Shown here piece by piece: positions 52,080-57,477 of a stretch of DNA of 57,477 nt (its first letter is position 1; each line of letters opens with the position of its first letter). The DNA comes from Anaerolineales bacterium. GTDB taxonomy: Bacteria; Chloroflexota; Anaerolineae; Anaerolineales; UBA4823. A model generated the notes under the pieces. It was not told the origin of the DNA. It did no database searches and saw only the letters and a program-made list of their open reading frames with translations. The stretch lies in assembly GCA_035291645.1 (NCBI GenBank), contig DATDRQ010000077.1, forward strand, positions 1 through 57,477. The letters are read 5' to 3'. The translations under genes and the position numbers were made by a program.

Positions 52080-53048
52080 ATGATCCAAGTTGAGGGGCTG
52101 ACCAAGGATTACGGCCCGCGGCGAGCCATTGACGACCTGACCTTCCACGCCAACCATGGCGAGATCCTGGGTTTCCTGGGTCCGAACGGGGCCGGCAAGA
52201 CCACCACTATGCGCATCCTGACCGGTTTCATGCCGCCCACCTCCGGGAGAGCCAGCGTTGCCGGCTTCGACGTGGTCGACCAGTCGCTGGAGGTGCGCCG
52301 GCGGGTAGGCTACGTGCCGGAAACCGTGCCCCTGTATCCGGATATGACCGTGTTCGCTTACCTCAAGTTCATGGCAGACCTGCGCAGGGTCCCGGAGGCC
52401 GAGGATCGGGTCGACGCGGTGCTGGAGATCGTGCACATGGAGGCGCGCGCCGAAGGTCTGATCGCCAACCTTTCGAAAGGCTTGCGCCAGAGGATTGGTG
52501 TGGCCCAGGCGCTGCTGCACGAGCCGGAAGTGCTGATCCTGGACGAGCCAACCATCGGGCTCGATCCAGCCCAGATCCGGGACGTGCGTGACCTGATCCA
52601 GCAGCTGGGCAAGGAGCGCACCATCCTGCTCTCGACGCATATCCTCTCCGAGGCCCAGCAGGTGTGCGACCGGGTGCTGATCATCAACAAGGGAAAGATC
52701 GTCGCCGAAGATTCGCCGGACCAGCTGCAAGCCAGACTGGCAGGGGCGCAGCGCATCAACCTAAAAGTGAAAGGCGATTCGGATGGCCTGTCCGGGGTGC
52801 TGAGGCAGGTCGCTGGAGTCAACGCCGTGCTGCCGGGGGAAGCCGGCAGTGTCGAGGTCGAGCTCGCTCCTGGAGTAGAGGCGCGCCCCGAGGTCGCCCG
52901 GGCGGTGGTCAACGCCGGTTTCGACTTGCTGGAGCTGCGCCCGGTCGGCATGACCCTGGAGGATATCTTCCTGCAATTGACCCGGGAAGAACCTGCCCTT
53001 CCGGAGATGGCTGATGTGGAACCGGACGAGGAGACCGAGGAGGATTGA
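52080..53048 (+). CDS. ABC transporter ATP-binding protein (ABC-2/GldA-like)
   Basis: 322 aa. Walker A GPNGAGKTT, signature LSKGLRQR, Walker B ILDEPT. Acidic C-terminal tail. Confidence 0.92.
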   Translation: MIQVEGLTKDYGPRRAIDDLTFHANHGEILGFLGPNGAGKTTTMRILTGFMPPTSGRASVAGFDVVDQSLEVRRRVGYVPETVPLYPDMTVFAYLKFMADLRRVPEAEDRVDAVLEIVHMEARAEGLIANLSKGLRQRIGVAQALLHEPEVLILDEPTIGLDPAQIRDVRDLIQQLGKERTILLSTHILSEAQQVCDRVLIINKGKIVAEDSPDQLQARLAGAQRINLKVKGDSDGLSGVLRQVAGVNAVLPGEAGSVEVELAPGVEARPEVARAVVNAGFDLLELRPVGMTLEDIFLQLTREEPALPEMADVEPDEETEED

Positions 53049-53119
53049 ATCGGCTCCCTCCGGCGGGAATCCTATTTACCTATTAGATGCTCGCACTTCG
53101 TTGGTCACGCAAAATTGGA

Positions 53120-53211
53120 TTGTCACCCTGAGCCCTTCGGTCCCTCAGGATAAACTCCGCGAAGGGTCTCCCACTGAGTCCCGAGATGCTTCGCTTCGCT
53201 CAGCATGACAA
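53120..53211. repeat. Highly self-complementary ~90-bp palindromic element (REP/MITE-like) between the ABC ATPase and permease genes
   Basis: Outer arms TTGTCACCCTGAG (53120-53132) and CTCAGCATGACAA (53199-53211). Inner arms CCCTTCG (53133-53139) and CGAAGGG (53160-53166). Confidence 0.6.
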
Positions 53212-53232
53212 CCGACGAAAAAAAGGAATTAT

Positions 53233-53964
53233 ATGCGTAACATTCTGACGATTGCGTCGCGTGAATACAAGCTCTACTTCGCAACCCCGGTTGCCTACAT
53301 GGTAGCCTTCATTATCCTGCTGGTCATTGGTTTCTTGTTTTACGGGACAGTGGCCGCAGGAGCGATCCAACAATTTGCCCCAGGGGTGGACGTTGTCCTG
53401 GGACCGATGGTGACCCTGCTGCTGTTCGGGGTGCCGGCGCTGACCATGCGCCTGATCGCCGAGGAACAGCGCATGGGGACGATCGAGTTGCTGCTGACCG
53501 CGCCGGTGCGGGACGCCGAGCTGGTCGTCGGGAAATGGCTGGGTGGCTTCCTGTTCCTGGCGACCCTGGTCGCCCTGACCTGGGTCTTCCCGATCGCCCT
53601 GAACGCCCTGGTCGAACCCGGCATCGACCAGGGGCCGTTATTGACCGGCTACCTTGGATTGTTGCTGGTATGCGCCGCGCTGGTCGCCATCGGCGTGGCC
53701 ATCTCGGCCATGTTTAGCAACCAGATTGCGGCCTTCTTCGCCACGCTGGGCGTTTTCCTGGTGCTGTGGTTGATCAGCGTACCCAACCAGGCGATGGGAG
53801 GCTTAGGAAATAACCTGCTCACCTACCTGGATTTCAGCGAGCACTACTACCGCACCCTGTTCCGCGGGGTGATCGACCTGGCGGACGTGGTCTACTTCTT
53901 GAGCGTGACCGCGTTTGGGTTGTTGGTCGGCACGCTGGTGGTCGAGCTACGGAGGTGGCGCTGA
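53233..53964 (+). CDS. ABC-2 type transporter permease (GldF-like)
   Basis: 243 aa with six predicted TM helices. EEQRMGTIELLLTAP motif. Confidence 0.88.
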   Translation: MRNILTIASREYKLYFATPVAYMVAFIILLVIGFLFYGTVAAGAIQQFAPGVDVVLGPMVTLLLFGVPALTMRLIAEEQRMGTIELLLTAPVRDAELVVGKWLGGFLFLATLVALTWVFPIALNALVEPGIDQGPLLTGYLGLLLVCAALVAIGVAISAMFSNQIAAFFATLGVFLVLWLISVPNQAMGGLGNNLLTYLDFSEHYYRTLFRGVIDLADVVYFLSVTAFGLLVGTLVVELRRWR

Positions 53965-55526
53965 TGAAGCAGTCTTGGAGACGTTTTGCCCCGTTTGGGC
54001 TGTACCTGGCGCTAATCGCCGGGCTGGTCGGCCTGGGGTTTTACATCGTGCAGCGCGAATTCTCCCTGGGCGTGCAGATCTGCCTGGCGCTGGTTTTTGC
54101 CGGCCTGGGGTTGTTCGCCATCCTCGATCCACAGCGGGTGCGCGCCGCCCTGACCGGGCGCCAGGCGCGCTACGGCAGCAACGCCCTGATCCTCTTCGTC
54201 GCCTTCGTCGGCATCCTGGTGGTGGTCAATTACCTGGTCTATAAGAACCCCAAGCGCTGGGACCTGACCGAAGGCCAACAGCTCACCCTGGCCCCTGAGA
54301 CGATCGAAACCCTGAAAAGCCTGCCGCAGCCTGTCGAGGTGCTCGCCTTCTACACAGCCGCCAACCCCAGTGGGGACGCCGACTCCCTGCTGGACCAGTA
54401 CAAGTACAACAGCGCTGGGAAATTCGATTACCGGTTCATCGATCCAAACGAAGACCCCCTGACCGCCCAACAGTTCCAAATCTCGCGGGATGGCACGCTG
54501 GTTCTCACCCTGGGCGGCAGCACACAGCAGGTGAACCTGGTCAACGAAAACGAGCTGACCGGGGCGCTGATCCGCCTGATCAGCCCTGGCGAGCACGTGG
54601 TCTATTTTCTGACCGGTCACGGCGAGTTCGACCCGCAGGACAGCGGCGAACAGGGCTACAGCCAGGCGAAAGCGACCCTGGAGGGCAAGAATTACATCGT
54701 GAAGCAGCTGAACCTGCTCTCCGAAAATAAGATCCCAGAGGACGCTGAAGTGATTGTGATCGCTGGGCCAGTGAAACCGGTCTCTCAGCAGGAGGTCGAC
54801 CTCCTGAGCGCGTATCTGGCTGCCGGTGGTTCGCTGGTCGTTATGCAGGAACCCCTGCCGGTCACCGATTTCGGCGACCAGCCGGACCCGCTGGCGGATT
54901 TCCTGGTGAACAGCTGGGGGTTGACCCTCGGCAAGGACATGATCCTGGACATGAGCTCGAACCAGCCTTTCGTCGCCGTGGCGAACCAGTACGGGCAGCA
55001 CGCCATCACCGACAAACTGCAAGGCCTGGTCTCCATTTACCCGACAGCGCGCAGCGTTAGTTTTGCCGAGGGCAGCGACAAGTTCCCGGTGACGCTGGTG
55101 CAGACCTCCCAGAATTCCTGGGGGGAGACGGACCTGCAGGCGCTGGCGAGCTCGGCCGGCTCGGATACCCAACCGCAGATCGAACCCGACGAAGGCGTCG
55201 ACCTGCTGGGACCGGTGCCACTGGCAGCCAGCGCTGAGGATCAGACCTCGGGAGCGCGCCTGGTTGTCTTCGGGGATGCTGATTTCGCTTCAGACCAGTT
55301 GATCGGGCAGTACGGCAACCAGGATATTTTTATCAACAGCGTCGATTGGGCCGCCGAACAGGAGCAGCTGATCAACCTGACTCCAAAGGAGAACGTCCAG
55401 CGCATGTTGATCCCACCCGGGCCTTATACGATGAACCTGATCCTGCTGGCATCCGTATTTATCCTGCCAGGGATCGTCCTGCTCGCCGGGGTTTTCGTGT
55501 GGGTGGGTCGCAGGAGGAAAGGCTAG
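53955..55526 (+). CDS. GldG-like ABC-transporter auxiliary component
   Basis: 523 aa. N- and C-terminal TM anchors around a large extracytoplasmic domain. 10-nt overlap with the permease gene. Confidence 0.8.
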   Translation: MALMKQSWRRFAPFGLYLALIAGLVGLGFYIVQREFSLGVQICLALVFAGLGLFAILDPQRVRAALTGRQARYGSNALILFVAFVGILVVVNYLVYKNPKRWDLTEGQQLTLAPETIETLKSLPQPVEVLAFYTAANPSGDADSLLDQYKYNSAGKFDYRFIDPNEDPLTAQQFQISRDGTLVLTLGGSTQQVNLVNENELTGALIRLISPGEHVVYFLTGHGEFDPQDSGEQGYSQAKATLEGKNYIVKQLNLLSENKIPEDAEVIVIAGPVKPVSQQEVDLLSAYLAAGGSLVVMQEPLPVTDFGDQPDPLADFLVNSWGLTLGKDMILDMSSNQPFVAVANQYGQHAITDKLQGLVSIYPTARSVSFAEGSDKFPVTLVQTSQNSWGETDLQALASSAGSDTQPQIEPDEGVDLLGPVPLAASAEDQTSGARLVVFGDADFASDQLIGQYGNQDIFINSVDWAAEQEQLINLTPKENVQRMLIPPGPYTMNLILLASVFILPGIVLLAGVFVWVGRRRKG

Positions 55527-55531
55527 GAAGT

Positions 55532-56116
55532 ATGGTCCGGCGAAATACCTGGATTGTAGTGGGAGTTTTTCTTCTGGTTCTCGCTGCTGCCCTGATCTGG
55601 CAGCGCTCTCAGGATCTAAGCGCGGCTCAGGCGACGCCAACCGCGATGGCTGCTTTCCTGATCGATATGGAAGGACGGCAGGTGAAGAGCCTGCAGCTGA
55701 CTGGTTTGGATGATAATCTCCTTTCGATTGAAAAAGGCCTGGATGGTTCGTGGGAGGTGGTCGAGCCGGGCGGAATGCAGGCAGACCCAGCCCTGGTCGA
55801 GCAGCTACTCGCCGATCTCGGCATGCTGCAGATCTCCACTGAACTGGAGACCACGATCGAGCTCAAGAACCTGGGTCTCGACCCGGCGGCATACGAGATC
55901 AACGTCGACTTCGAGAATGGAAATAGCGCCAGAGTCTTTATCGGCGATCAGACCCCGACCCAGGAAGGTTATTACGCCTACAGGGAGGGCGAAAAAGTGG
56001 CTGTGGCTGACCAGGCCGGGATCGACAGCCTGATTGGATACCTCTCTTCACCCCCTGTGCAGAACACGCCCGCCCCGATCTCGACTCCTGCGGAGACAAG
56101 CGCCCCGCAACCTTAA
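55532..56116 (+). CDS. DUF4340-like membrane-anchored protein
   Basis: ATG at 55532, in frame with track ORF 55346..56116. N-terminal TM helix WIVVGVFLLVLAAALIW. This is the usual partner of GldG-like genes. Confidence 0.7.
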   Translation: MVRRNTWIVVGVFLLVLAAALIWQRSQDLSAAQATPTAMAAFLIDMEGRQVKSLQLTGLDDNLLSIEKGLDGSWEVVEPGGMQADPALVEQLLADLGMLQISTELETTIELKNLGLDPAAYEINVDFENGNSARVFIGDQTPTQEGYYAYREGEKVAVADQAGIDSLIGYLSSPPVQNTPAPISTPAETSAPQP

Positions 56117-56225
56117 TAAATTCTATACAAATTGGGTCTTGATTTTAGGCAAATAATCATGTATTCTGGTAATAATATAATAACGATTTGTTCTGTGCCT
56201 GTTCGAATCAGGCCAGGGAGAAAAA

Positions 56226-57440
56226 ATGATTGATGAAGAACTGTTAAGCGCAATCGAAAACCACGAAGAGAATCCTGCGCTGGCTCGCTTAATAGAAATT
56301 GGACGCCAAAAAAAATACGTCACCATCGACGACATCCTGCACTTCTTTCCGGAAGCGGAATCGGACGTCGACCAGTTGGAGGAAGCTTTTGCCGGGTTGA
56401 TGAGCGCCGGCATCCCGTTCCTGGAAGACGCGCCGAGCGGCGGACCGACCGAAGAAGACCTTTCCGAAGAAGAGGAGGTGGAGGAAGACAGCCGCAAGAC
56501 GCTGGCTGTCGATGACAACTACCTGGCGAACATCGATACCGATGACACGATCGGGCTGTACCTGAAGGAAGTCGGTCGGGTTCCGTTACTGACCGCTATC
56601 GAAGAGGTCGAGCTGGCGCAGCGTATAGAGCGCGGCCGGCTGGCCCGCGAGGAACTGGCCCGCGGCAACGTGACTCCCCGCCGCCGGCAGGCATTGCAGC
56701 GCCTGATCGAAGACGGTTGGGCAGCCCGCGAGCACCTGATCACTGCCAACTCCCGCCTGGTGATCAGCGTCGCCAAGAAGTACATGGGTCGGGGTGTGCC
56801 CTTCCTGGACCTGATCCAGGAGGGCAATATCGGCCTGATCCGGGCCGCCAAGAAGTTCGATTACCGCCGCGGCCACAAGTTCAGCACCTACGCCACCTGG
56901 TGGATCCGCCAGGCGGTGACGCGCGCCATCGCCGACCAGGGCCGCACTATCCGCGTCCCGGTCCACATGGGCGACCAGATCAACAAACTGCTGCGCGTCC
57001 AGCACCAGCTGACTCAACGGCTGGGCCGCGATCCATCGGTGGACGAGCTGGCCGAAGCGCTCGAGGTCACTCCGCAGAAGGTCGAGAACATGATCCAGGT
57101 GGCGCGCCGCCCGCTCTCGCTTGAGACGCCCACCGACGACGAAGAGGACTCGGTGCTGGGCGATTTCATCCAGGACGACGACGTGCCCGCCCCGGACGAC
57201 TCGGCAACCTACAACCTGCTGCGCGAGCACCTGGAGACCGTGCTGGATGGGTTGCCCCCGCGCGAGGTGCGCATCCTGCAGCTGCGGTATGGGCTGCTGG
57301 ACGGGCAGGCGTATACATTGGAAGAGGTCGGGCGGAAGATGGGCGTGACACGCGAGCGCGTCCGCCAGATCGAAGCGCAAGCCCTCAGCCGGCTGCGCCA
57401 CCCCGCCATCCGGCGCAAGCTGCGTGAGTACCTGGGGTAA
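56226..57440 (+). CDS. rpoD: Primary-type RNA polymerase sigma factor (sigma70 family)
   Basis: 404 aa. Acidic region 1, region 2 [17 protein letters not shown], region 4.2 [23 protein letters not shown]. Confidence 0.93.
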   Translation: MIDEELLSAIENHEENPALARLIEIGRQKKYVTIDDILHFFPEAESDVDQLEEAFAGLMSAGIPFLEDAPSGGPTEEDLSEEEEVEEDSRKTLAVDDNYLANIDTDDTIGLYLKEVGRVPLLTAIEEVELAQRIERGRLAREELARGNVTPRRRQALQRLIEDGWAAREHLITANSRLVISVAKKYMGRGVPFLDLIQEGNIGLIRAAKKFDYRRGHKFSTYATWWIRQAVTRAIADQGRTIRVPVHMGDQINKLLRVQHQLTQRLGRDPSVDELAEALEVTPQKVENMIQVARRPLSLETPTDDEEDSVLGDFIQDDDVPAPDDSATYNLLREHLETVLDGLPPREVRILQLRYGLLDGQAYTLEEVGRKMGVTRERVRQIEAQALSRLRHPAIRRKLREYLG

Positions 57441-57477
57441 ATTCGATTTCGGAAATCTACAACCTGGTTATTCCTGA

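Overview
High-GC bacterial chromosomal window. Gene content and protein style suggest a filamentous Chloroflexota/Anaerolineae-like organism, but that is inference only. I support about 45 CDS and one tRNA-Arg(CCG). I saw no rRNA, CRISPR array, transposase, integrase or phage genes. Housekeeping anchors are atpD(partial)-atpC-mreB, rex, obg, nadD, ftsZ, rpoN, ndk, hppA, an ABC-2/GldG-like transporter and rpoD. The stand-out is a 17.5-kb minus-strand block (23.8-41.3 kb). It starts with rpoN, a soluble PAS-GAF-PAS histidine kinase, a sigma54 activator with no DNA-binding domain, and a TIM-barrel-like protein. Next comes ftsZ at the head of a tightly packed 7-gene operon: two tiny proteins, a degenerate LCP-like protein, a small membrane protein, a 1846-aa all-TPR giant, and a 935-aa TPR + clan-CD (C25/caspase-like) cysteine peptidase. 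Two nearly identical -24/-12 sigma54 promoter motifs (GGCACAAnTnTTGCAAC) sit directly in front of rpoN and in front of ftsZ. This suggests a self-contained, possibly autoregulated sigma54 switch driving an FtsZ-TPR-protease module. I cannot match that arrangement to any described system. Other items worth a second look: an S1-like protease followed by a free-standing copy of its own N-terminal domain; tandem LGFP-like lipoprotein paralogues next to a lipoprotein gene split by a frameshift; a 1191-aa TPR / acidic (P[DE]WL)n / ComEA-HhH / TPR protein; a 61-bp tandem hairpin repeat; a palindromic insert inside an ABC operon; and a GxxExxY gene relic bounded by inverted repeats. Most long ORFs in the six-frame track that overlap these genes are GC-driven shadow ORFs and are not reported as features.
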